Positions 52,949 to 64,000 of a DNA stretch of 64,000 nt are shown one piece after another (within the stretch, counting starts at the first letter, position 1; the number at the start of each line of letters is the position of its first letter). Below the pieces are notes generated by a model. It was not told where the DNA came from. It did no database searches and saw only the letters and a list, made by a program, of their open reading frames with translations. A program made the translations under genes and the position numbers. The stretch comes from Seison nebaliae (taxonomy: Eukaryota): contig JALJEE010002622.1 of NCBI GenBank assembly GCA_023231475.1, positions 1 to 64,000 on the forward strand, read 5' to 3'.

Positions 52949-53701
52949 ATGAAGAATCTTACAAGAATTGTTAGTTGTGGAATGGCTATTCTCTATTTGT
53001 CTTGTTGTAATGTTGTGAGTTGTGAGATGTTTATGAATGAGACTAAGGTCGGTGGACGTGTTAAAGCAATCGACAACCATTCATATCACAAAGAGAATCC
53101 CTTATTACCAACCAATAATGGTTTGCGAATCGTAATTTTTTTCCTTTTTCCGTCAATAATTGACTTGTTTCTATTGTTGATTGATGACCTTCTTCTTACA
53201 ATTAGTTACAATGTTTTTATTGTTCTTGATTGGATTGGATCTTAAAAATTCCAAGTTGTAGGATAAGCAATTAATGCGGATATTTTTATACTATACTTTT
53301 TCACTAGTTTTTAATAATAATTTTCACACACTCTACTTCTTTATTTCCTCAACACAAGGTGAACATTTTTTGGAAATTTTCTTCTAACAGTTGATGGAAA
53401 TGAATGTTTAGTTCCTTTTAAAATAGTAACAAACTTCTCCAATACTGATAATTGGATATTATATTGTTTTACTAACTTGTGAGCTGAGAAAAATTGCGAC
53501 AACTTCATACCCGTTTTCATTTATTGTTAAGCTAACGAATTTACATTCCTTATTTGCGATGTCCTCTTTTCATTTTGTTATCATCCAGTTCCAAAATTTT
53601 TTCAATTTCCAATGCGACTGGATTCCAGTCGCATTATCCGTTCCAAAATTTGGGATAATGCATTTATCATTGAAACAGTGTCCAATGAAAGTGATGAAAC
53701 C
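52949..53701 (+). CDS. Possible small secreted protein, multi-exon, 3' end unresolved
   Basis: Signal-like MKNLTRIVSCGMAILYLSCCNVVSC; exon 52949-53120 ends at GTTTGC; tentative phase-1 exons 53391-53405 and 53589-53702. No homology recognised. Confidence 0.3.
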
Positions 53702-56394
53702 GGTTAAAGTTATTCAATTTCTCCGCTGGACAAAACACATGGTCCCTCGCCCTTCGGATCTTTTCTTGGCCTGATAAAACTGTTTGTCTTACAATAATTT
53801 AAGTTACATTTCAATAATTTTAATATCTCTTTGTCCCGAGGGAATTCTGAATAATAAACAAACAAAAATAATAATAAGTAATTTAATTGATGAATCGGAA
53901 AGAAGAATGTTGAACAATTTATTAGAAAACAAAGTTAAGTTAAATGTTCAATAATATCAATTTCTATTTTCCAGGAAGGTTCATTCCGGTATTTTTCCTT
54001 TCTCTCTTTCAGCACTTTCCATTGTGCACTAGCAATGATGTTTCACATAAATGTTCACTAATTCTTTACTCACAAACCATTGTAAGAAATTCTTAGTTTT
54101 GGTTCTTTCAATTTAAACCATTTTAACATGAGTTCATTTTCTTGAAAATAAATTTTATAAGTTAACAAGTTGTTTGGAGAATTGTTTATATTTATTCGGA
54201 ATCTGCCTTAATTTTACTCTACTTTTAATTCTCAAAGAACATTGTTAATTAAAATGTTTTTAAATTTTTGAAAGTTTCATTGGTGATAAACAGACTTAAA
54301 ATAAAGTAGATGGAAGAGTCGATTGAAAGTTTTGTTGAATAAATTTGAATTTTGAAAGAAACATCCGAAAAAAGAAAAATTCTCAAGAAAGATGTTAAAA
54401 ATCGTTCGCTGAGAAATGGGAGTAGAAGTTGATAGAAGGAATGGAAAAAAAAAAGAAACAATTGGTTTATCGAATGGAAATATCATTTTTCATGTTATAA
54501 TAAAATGTATAATAATCACATGAACATTTGTGTTTGGAAGTATTTATCGTCACTATAACCATTTAGATCGATTTAGACAGATCTATTGATGTCTATGTGT
54601 ATTCGGTCGTTTCTGTTCGTCCTACTCGTCTGTCTCTCTACTTCGCATGATGATTATGAGTTGTGTGTTGGGGAGAAGTTTAGAGAAACGAAGTACTATT
54701 AGCAGTAGATGTATATTAGTTGAAGTGTTTCATTTTCCTTCATATGTGTTTGTCGAATATGATATGGAATGAATAAACAATACATTGACGAAAATTCCCT
54801 TATTGTTTGAAAAGAACAATTTGATTGAAATGTGAAACTGACACATCGTTCAATTATCGAATTATGATGAACACATTGCAATTATTTTCCTAAACAATCG
54901 CTCTTTCTTTATTTAATACACATGCTAAAACGGCGAATGTTCTCGACGAATGATCAATGTAATACGAATTCTTATTATTCATATTCTTATCGATCGCTAA
55001 TTGTACGAAATATTCTCTTTCAACCTCGACGTTTATTAAGTCCTTCTTTTTACACTTCTTTCTCTGCCACTGCGGGGCCATTAATTCTTTTTTCAAATAC
55101 TATTCTCTCACTCAATTTTTCGAACAGAAATTAAAGAAGTTTCCTAATTTTCTTCATCCGTTATCATATCTCCCAACAGTCTCAATCGTCCAAATTCTTA
55201 ATAAACATTCCGTTTTTTCCACTATCCATAAAAATAGGATTTTTTCCTCATTCACGAAAAACCGCATCCACTCCATAATCAAAAATTATTGTGATTGTTC
55301 AGTTGAAAATTGATTTTTTCGGTCTCGAGAATTTGATAATTTCTTATGATAAAACTATTTCTCACATTTGGTCGTCAATTATCTCCAACCGATATCGTTT
55401 GATTGAATTGTCCGGAACCATCCGGATCCAACAAGTGGAAATAGAAACCATTTCTAACGAGAAAGTAATTACTTTCTCGTTTAGATTTTTCTACTTTAGA
55501 TTATAGTTAATTTTATGATGGATTTTACGAATTAATTACAGGTTATTTTTTCCGTCTATATACAATTTTCTAAAACTTGAATGATGGTGATTTCCTCACC
55601 CAGAAAACACGTATTATCTTCATCTCTCCTTCCATTATGGAAAGTTGCTCATTTTATTGCAAAAAGAACATTCTGTTTTAATAGTAGTTTCCTCAGTTCT
55701 CGTACCAGTTATGAAAACGGAAACTAAAAACTTCAAGAAATTGATATTTCCAATTTGAAAAAACTAAGAAAAAGCTTTTAAAAAATAAAATTCCGATCAC
55801 TAAAAAGTGATCTCCAGTCAATTTAACTTTTCTAAGTCTTTCATTCCATCAGTCATTGATTTTTGATTTTCACTAATAATTTGTAAAAAAATCAGTTTCA
55901 AATTCATCCTTGATGATCATGTTGGCTGACGTTGCAATAGTACGAAATAGTTTACAAAAGTTTGACATTCGGAAATCTTCATCTTGAAACAGAGTTTGTT
56001 TTATAAGTTTGTTGAGTAGCTGGCCGTTTCCTCACCCCCAATATAAAATTTTGGAAAATTAGCTGTAAAACCGTCATTTCCTCACCCACTTTTTCCATAA
56101 TGGACTTTTCCTCATCCTATTGTTAACTAATTGGAATTTTCTTCACTAAATGGTCAACGAATGAAGAATGGTCTATGGTGTTATGAATATATATTTTAAT
56201 GTTCTTTAATACTTTAATCGAAATATAGAATCTCGGTGAGTTCGCCACTCTATTTTTTGCCTTCAAGTTTTATTCAAAACGGTAGTTTTGCCACCATATT
56301 CTTGAAATTTTTGACAAAAATCTTGATTTCGGTGATTTCGCCACTATATCTTCGTTTCTCTGTTTTGTTGTCTTACAAATTTTTTTTGTTGTTA

Positions 56395-56654
56395 GCCGTT
56401 GTGGGAAGATTCTTCCGTAAATTCCTTAACTCTTCTTCTTCATAATTTGGGAAATGATTGTGTTCGCCATTTTCCTTCACAACAACTTTACCATTTGTTA
56501 TGATTTTACACTTACAATGTTTTTAATTTTACGTACATACTCATGTTACTTTTGTCTCATTCTTCCAAATGTGCCAAAGCCTGAAACTATAATTCTTCCA
56601 CAGGGCACACCGCTTTCCTTTTTCGGTGGTTGTTTCGGTAAATTCCATCATCAT
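56395..56654 (-). pseudogene. FLYWCH zinc-finger remnant, typical of the N-terminus of animal Mutator-like transposases
   Basis: Minus strand reads MMMEFTETTTEKGKRCALWKNYSFRLWHIWKNETKVT*VCT*N*KHCKCKIITNGKVVVKENGEHNHFPNYEEEELRNLRKNL: T-x-KG, aromatic residue, (W>stop)-x-C, C, HNH pattern with three in-frame stops. Confidence 0.7.
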
Positions 56655-56862
56655 GTTAATAAAGTTTTTGTAGAAATTTCTTAATATTTCAGACCGAAAA
56701 ACAACATTTTGTTTTGGTTATACGGGAAATCTCGTATTTATATTATGTTAATTACTTTAATTTATGCGTGATTTATTATAATCAACATTATGTATAAGAT
56801 AATTGTTGAATATTCTTGAACACTTCCTAAAAACAGTCTCAGAATTGTCTGTCTCACAAATT

Positions 56863-57531
56863 GATTCTAGGATGATTCCCCCATTAGAAAATTACCCACA
56901 AAAATTTTAAAAAATTCCAATTTTTGTTTATATGAATTATGTTAAAGAAAATTTTACCTTTTCTCCTTAGTCTGATTTATATACCTGATAAGTGATATTT
57001 AAATGTTTTCTTGTTTCACTGAACTCTTTAACAGAACCGAAAAAAATATTGTCCTAAAACACAAAAAAAAATTTTAAAATTGTAAGAAATATGACCTGGA
57101 ATCTACAATATCCTCTTTATTACCTACCATTTTTGCTAAAATATTACGATTTTCAACAAGCAATTAATCATGTTATACTGAACCGATTTTAATATTTTTT
57201 TGTTTAAATCATATCTACTTACTCTAGAGAACCCAAAAGTATCATCAAAATTCAAATTTATAACTGCTAACTCTCAAGTGCATTGACTTAAAGTTATCAA
57301 AAAGAGAGAGAAAATTTTTTCACTAATTGAGTTTACTTTTTTTGAAAAATCTATAATTAATACCAATCTATTTTCACTTATTTATAGCACATTCGAAAGA
57401 GCATGAATTGCTCTTTTTAAAAATATTAAATTTTTTGTGGTTAAGAAAAAAATTCATTGAAATAAAGGACAATAAAAAATTTTTTAAAATTTTTGTGGGG
57501 AATTTTCCAATGGGGGAATCATCCTAGAATC
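56863..57531. mobile_element. Non-autonomous Mutator-type MITE, 669 bp
   Basis: ~54-bp TIRs (GATTCTAGGATGATTCCCCCATT...AAAAAATT, 2 mismatches) at 56863-56916 and 57478-57531; G...C termini; 9-bp flanks TCACAAATT (56854-56862) and TCCCAAATT (57532-57540) match at 8/9; no internal ORF. Confidence 0.85.
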
Positions 57532-60500
57532 TCCCAAATTTTTCATATCCAAGATCTGTAATATAATATTTTCTTTATTGGTATCGAAGAAGTTTTTCAT
57601 TAAATAATCTTTCTTTTTTAATATTAAATTTTTTTAAATAATTCGATGCATAATATTAAATTACGATAATTTTTATCATTATAAAAGATCATTAAAGATC
57701 GGAAATTTCCGATTAGTAGACAATTGTGTGAGGAAAAGTCCGCGATTCGTTTTGTTGTACTTTTAACTTACTTACTTTACAACGAGTTTCATTCAATCTT
57801 TGGCGTGAGGAAATTTTCATAATAGGAGAGTTGGTGTGCGAAAGAATTAGGAATTTTACCGTTTTCCTGGTTTGAAGGAATGAGTATTTAGCTAGGTCGT
57901 TTAACAATGGTAGATAGGGAATGGTAGATGGTTCGAATAATTATCATTAATTGAGGAGAAGAATATTTATCCAGTTGAAAACACTAATGATCAGGTTCTA
58001 ATAAGCTACATCGGAATATGTTGAACACATTATGTTGAGGAATTTTGTTGATATTGAGGAGGGGGAAGACATTGAAACTTTCTAATGTTTATTAAGACGT
58101 TTTTAATGATGTCTTATGTTCATGTATTTGTTATTCATTGTAAGGAAGATGGCTGACATTTTCTCTAACTTCTATTATTTACAATGTTGACTTTTCCATT
58201 AAAACAATAAGGAATAATCACTCGAGCACTTGACATTGTGAGCGTTTTTCGTCTTTCGAATGTTCGTCATCATTCTATGACCATTACGGGGCGACCTCTT
58301 TCAAATGGATGTAGTGATATATTCCGATTGGAATCAATCCTTTTCTGACACGACGTCGAGTTTTCATAGAAAATATTATTTTATGACTCTTCCCCTCCAC
58401 GAACAAACGGCTCGGACAAAACTGAACGAAGTTTTCAATTCTCAATTGGGAAGGTGAATTCGAATGAGATTCATATGAGATTCGTTCGATTCGAGACATT
58501 TTACTTATTAGTTAGCGATCACTTTCCCGTTAGTTCCATTAAATTTCAAATGAATTCATGATATGTCTAATGATTGTTTGGTGATTGAATGAGAAAGAGA
58601 GAAAGAGACAGAAATGTAGACAGAATTCCTTCATCCGATTTGTTTTCTCAACATCTAATTATATTTATAATGGCATATCAGCATGAAGTAGACTGATATG
58701 GAATCGCGGATTCTTATTAATTCCGTGAGTTTTATCATTTCGTCCGGAAAGGAATTCATCCAACCATTAGGCATTTCTGAAGCTCCAAAACTTCTCCCCA
58801 GAATTTTATAATTCCACTTTAATTACTCGAAATTGGAGTATGTTCGGAAAACTATCGATAATTTTAATGTGTTTCCAAATCGCGATAATGAAAACATTAT
58901 TATAGTTTATTAATTTTCATTTTCTTACAAATTCTCAATTCATGTTAAATTAAAATTTTTGGAAGTTTTATTTATTAAATTTCCAATCTTTGGAATGTTT
59001 ATTTGTTAAACTTCAAATTTTTCGAATTTTTATTTATTAAATTTGAAATTTTTAGAATTTTTTTTGAAGATTTATATTCGATTTCTAAAAAGGATGGGAA
59101 GGAGTGAATGAATATCCGAATGAGGAATGAATTGGTTTCGTGAAGGGAGATTGTGCAGGAATTGAACCATGGAATGAATGTGACTGGGAGGGGAAGTCGA
59201 GTGGCACATGGTTCACTTACTAATGAAAGGGAATAGAGAAGATGTTGTTGGATGTATTGTCAACGAATTATGTTTGATTAGTGATGATTACTTTCTAACC
59301 ACATGACAAGCACAATTAGAATTGGAAATCGAATGCACATTTGATGAGAAGAATAGAGACTCAACCGACGTATATGCTGTGCGAAGTAAGTCCAATAATT
59401 CTTCAGGTTCTTCTAACTAACAAAAATCACGAGGTAATCATCCGATAATATGATCGACATGCGATTATCACATGCATCATTGATCATTTTCAAGTGTATC
59501 GATGTTCCTGTTTCATCATTCTCCCTTGAGTTTGGGTGGAAGACGATGTCGAATAGCGACCGACCCAAACGAATTCCCAAGAAGAGAATTATGTTTCCTT
59601 CCAAGATTGGTAGTCGAATGTGAGTGAAATAGTTGGCTGGGGGGAGAGAATGAGAGAGAATTCCATTCGGGATAAAAGATGATGTGGAAATGATTTGGAG
59701 ATATGTTGTTTATACACTTATAGTTTGTTATCGGTAGAAATTTTCATTTATTCCTAATAAACATTTAGGGTTCATTCCTATTAAAAATACATGATAGACT
59801 TCGTTACATTAAGACGATTCAATCTCTTCATTCGATAGCGCTACCGGTAGACTTCCTAATGAAGACTATTTTATATACAAAATCACAGATAAACAAATTG
59901 CCAACGATGTTATTAATCATACAAGTCAAGTAAATCAAGAGTCAGGTCTGCCTTCTCTCCTCTCCCCACCTTCCTCGACCTCCCCCCATGTCACAGGAGC
60001 ACCATCACGATTTCACACAAATATTAAACGAAGTGAACGCGTTCAAAGGAACATATAGAGAGAATCAACATCTATTTATTCAACTATACTATGTTATACT
60101 ACACATTCTCTCCCCTCCTCCCAAAAAACTTTCAGTCTCACCTAGTCAATCACTCAACTTTCCATTCATTTTGAAAGAACTCCCCGCAAATCAAACATGT
60201 ATCAACATTCAAATTGGAACTACCATTTGTTTAGTCACTTGTTAATGTTAATCGATTACCTGTTGATCATTTATGTTCTACTTTGCATACATTCTATCCA
60301 TAAATCTACTCAAATTTCCCTTATAACGTGTTTTCTTGTTAGCAGAAGATCTTTTGATTTAATTAATTAAAAATTCCAGTTCAATTCAAGACATATTATT
60401 ATTCTACAATGACTCTTGTCACCAATCATTATCTCCAGTCATTAACTCGCCATCCACAATGAGATGTTTGTCTCTTCTTCATTTCAACTTCTTCTCCTCC

Positions 60501-63500
60501 ACTTCATCCAAAGAGAAATTGTTCGTCGAGGAAATTGTCGTTATCTGAAAAACGAATCAATCCTCCGTCCCCATAATCGACCTTTTTCTCCTCGTTTTCC
60601 TCCTTCTCCATATGCAAACAACGAGAGAGAATGCTCTCGTACTTTCCATTCTTTTCAGCTTCGTCGAGAAACACATCAACTATTTTTCCATATCCTCACA
60701 TTTGAATTCCATCAATTCCATCTTTAACGGTTTCTATCATTCCAAACCGAACCATCTTTCCTCAATCATTCATTTACACTTCACATCATACACAACTGTT
60801 CTTCTCACTTTCAATCTCATTCGATTTTCCTCAAACATTAACGAAACATATAAGCCGGTGTGTGTATGTAAGAGGTCCGAACGACAAAGAATGGATTATG
60901 TCAATTCTTCAACAATACATTTCACTTAACGTTGAAGCGATTGAGTTATTGTTTGACATTAAAAACACATTTCTCTCAACAACATCGATTTGTGATTGCC
61001 AGATTAACATTTTTACTTACCGTCAACAACCAAACGGGACTAAATAATAAAACCTTCAATATCTAATAATACTCGAACGATTTAGCCGCATCATTTTTCC
61101 ATTTGTATTTCATAGAAACTCTTTCTCAAATTGGACCACAAATCACCATTGTAAATGTTCTCATTTCCTTCAAAATTTGAATTTACCGGTTTTGCCGATT
61201 TTCCACTTTCACTTCGATGGTCCTTCCATATTCCTCTCACATCCTCGCATTTGGTAAGAACGAACACTAATTTCAAAATTGTAGGCCAATTCTCGAATTT
61301 TTTTGGTGTCCTTTTTCCAATTTGACAAAACGTCATATTTGTCGTTGTTCGGGGTTGACGAATAAGAATGTTTTGAGGTAGTGTTTTTAAGTCTTTAAGT
61401 GGTACCCATTTGTTGGAGAAACAGAGGAATTCTTAAAAGTTTTTTTAAGTGAAAATATATTTATTCTCAATTCTCTTCATCATCTCGTTCAGCTAACGAA
61501 CCTTCATTCTCCTATTACTCAGTTATTTATAACTTGTTAATACGATAATGTTTTCCGACCGCTTAATGTTTCTTTAATTATTCCACGAACATTTTTCGAC
61601 TTCTGTTCATTTCGCATCGCCTTATTTGTTCTTCTCCTATCATACTTCAGAGAGACGAATATAATTGAAAAGATACCAACACATCATATTGAAAATTAAT
61701 TAATTTTCCAGAACGAATTGCGGACAGTTCTCCCATTTGAACTCTATGAAATTCTCATCTCCTTTTCACGAAGCTGCCGCGTAACTTTACACCATTATAT
61801 ATATTTCTAATTAACAAAATTTCCATGTTACAACTTCACTTTCTTTGATTGACTGTGAGAAATTTTTCGAATCCCATTTCTATATCTTCTCGGAATGACG
61901 GTGGAATTAATTCATTAATCACACTCATCACTTCCACGATCGTCAATCAGAGTCGACGGTCCATTCGGAGATGAATGATAATTTATCCATTAATCATTCT
62001 CTGTCGTATAATGTCGAATATGAATTAAGAGATTATGAATTAGAGAATTCGATCGGAAATGTCGATTGGTAAATAATATTAATTTCGTCAAATATCAACC
62101 AAATCTCAATCATTTGTAATTATTTCTCTTGAAGTTTCCTTTAGACTCTTAATTATTTGTTATCATTATTATTCGGATTGATCGTCCGATATTTCCGGTG
62201 AATGCAACGGAAATGGATCGATATCATTTTTCGCTTTATGATACTTCTTTCCTCTTTTCCTTCTCCTCCTCGTCTCCTCGTCTCCTCATCGTTGAGTCAC
62301 TGAAATTTCGGACAGATCATAAGTTCATTTCTACTCCCAATTCAATCCATTTCATACCGACTCTTCTTACTAGAACAATAGTTCCTTTTTCCATCAATTT
62401 CAAAAATAATTTTGAATAATTTCATGCAGTGTTGCTCGAATGAGAGAATGTCCTTCGGCGGTTGACGGAAATTAGGAGAACTGTCACAAATGGGAAAATG
62501 TGAGTCAAAATGTGTCACTCTTGAAAATGACAGCAAACAAAATACATCGATTTCTCATTTCCTAATCTGAATCACTCGAAATTGTTGGTTGGAAGGGAGG
62601 GTAGGAAGACAGAAGATGTCTTTGATGAGAATGATCCTTGTTCGATGGAAACTTGACAGATGTACAAATAATAAGAGGGGAGAGAAGATTTGCTTTCATT
62701 TGACATGTTTCGATTTCGTACGTGAGCAAACACTGATTACAAATAAGTATGATAGTTATTTGGAGAAAGAAATTGTCATTCTTGAGGAGCGATTGTGTTC
62801 GACGCACAAAAAGAAACACTGTCAACAAAATCTTTTAGAGACGAAAAGAGGGAGAGATATGCAGATTTAATTGACATCTATCGAACTAGTGATAAATGTG
62901 CTCCAGAAATAATTGGACAAGCGACTAATGAATAATTTAGATAAAATTTCTTCTCATTAAAACCCCCCTCGCCACCCGCAACACATCCTTCTCCTCCAAA
63001 TATTTCTTTCTCATTCTTCTCCTCCTCATCACCCTCGACACAAACCACCACAAATTCAACTTCCACATTAGCATAATAAGTGAGATTTATTGTTATTAAC
63101 GGTCGGACGGGAATACTTCCTTTTCTTCATTGATCAAATCAAACATATTTTCCTTCGATTTATAACCATATTTACTTTAGAGCTCATGAATCTCCTCATC
63201 TATCTTATCGTGATTTTTTTTAAATTTTATCAATAATGAAATTTTTTCGTTATCCTTCCATTTTTTTCTAGTATTGGAAAACCCACGTGAAAACGGAGAA
63301 AAGTTAAAGGGAACAATTTCGTCTTCCCAAAAATTTTCAAAAACACAAACAGAGACAAATAATGTGGGAGAGTACGCGAGAACGATATGTTAATATAAAT
63401 TTCATATAAAAGTCGAATGGCTAGTGTTTCCGTTCCGTTTACGAGCTACATTAGTCGTGATTAAAAAAGAACCTTATTTTATTCTTCGTCCCGAATGATG

Positions 63501-64000
63501 GAATAAGTAAGCTTTTTATCGGATCCATTAGAAAACTTAATTGTTTTGATAACATCGAAATACAAGATGGTGAAATATTTATTAACAATGGTAAGAGTTT
63601 GACAAGAGACTTTTCCTTAATATTTTCATTAATGATCATATTAGAAGTAGTAGAATATCATCAGGACACATGATTCTCACTTTACAAGATTTCAGAAGAA
63701 TAATAGTAAATTATTCCGTTTTCCCAATTTCCGTCAGTCTCTTCATCATTCAACCATTTCTGTCAATATTACGAGTGAGGATACAAAACATTTTCGTTGA
63801 ATTAGTATGTGTTGCAAATGGTGGAGTGTTCGCGACATATATAGTCGTCTCTACAAACTAGAATTAATTCCGACGATTCAGAATATGTCAAAAAGAAATT
63901 CAGTCAAAAAATTAAATTTTTCTTTTGTAAAGTGGTTGAGACAGTATGATGGATATTAATTGGTAGTCGCGGATAAAACAGTCATCAGACACTTAACATA

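Noticed and set aside
57900..64000. Scattered 60-105 aa ORFs and a lone minus-strand GTAAGT donor near 61020
   Set aside because: No domain signal or consistent exon chain; likely intronic or intergenic to a gene outside the window.

Overview
AT-rich animal genomic DNA; no prokaryotic, phage or CRISPR features. The organism cannot be named from the window. Most introns are 41-100 nt and long ORFs carry many N/Q/H/D/T homopolymer tracts. From left to right: a repeat-rich transposon end; tRNA-Gly(GCC); an intronless, highly divergent USP-type deubiquitinase; a 5-exon orphan secreted protein; a small RING-coiled-coil protein; tRNA-Arg(TCT); a decayed paralog of the USP-like gene; an ADAD/ADAR-like gene lacking catalytic residues, followed by a perfect 38-bp hairpin; ~7 kb apparently non-coding; neurabin/spinophilin; a second identical tRNA-Arg(TCT); a small secreted protein; tightly packed RRP9 and EIPR1; a head-to-head pair of ankyrin paralogs; DDI1, whose UBL and protease exons are ~17.5 kb apart around a giant antisense gene (two huge exons that can be joined through 13-nt and 40-nt micro-exons); a decayed FLYWCH/Mutator-like element and a Mutator-type MITE. 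The most striking pattern is in splicing: every short intron I could anchor by homology begins GTT rather than GTR, while the predicted multi-kb introns begin GTAA. All exon structures were derived by hand from phase and homology and are unverified.
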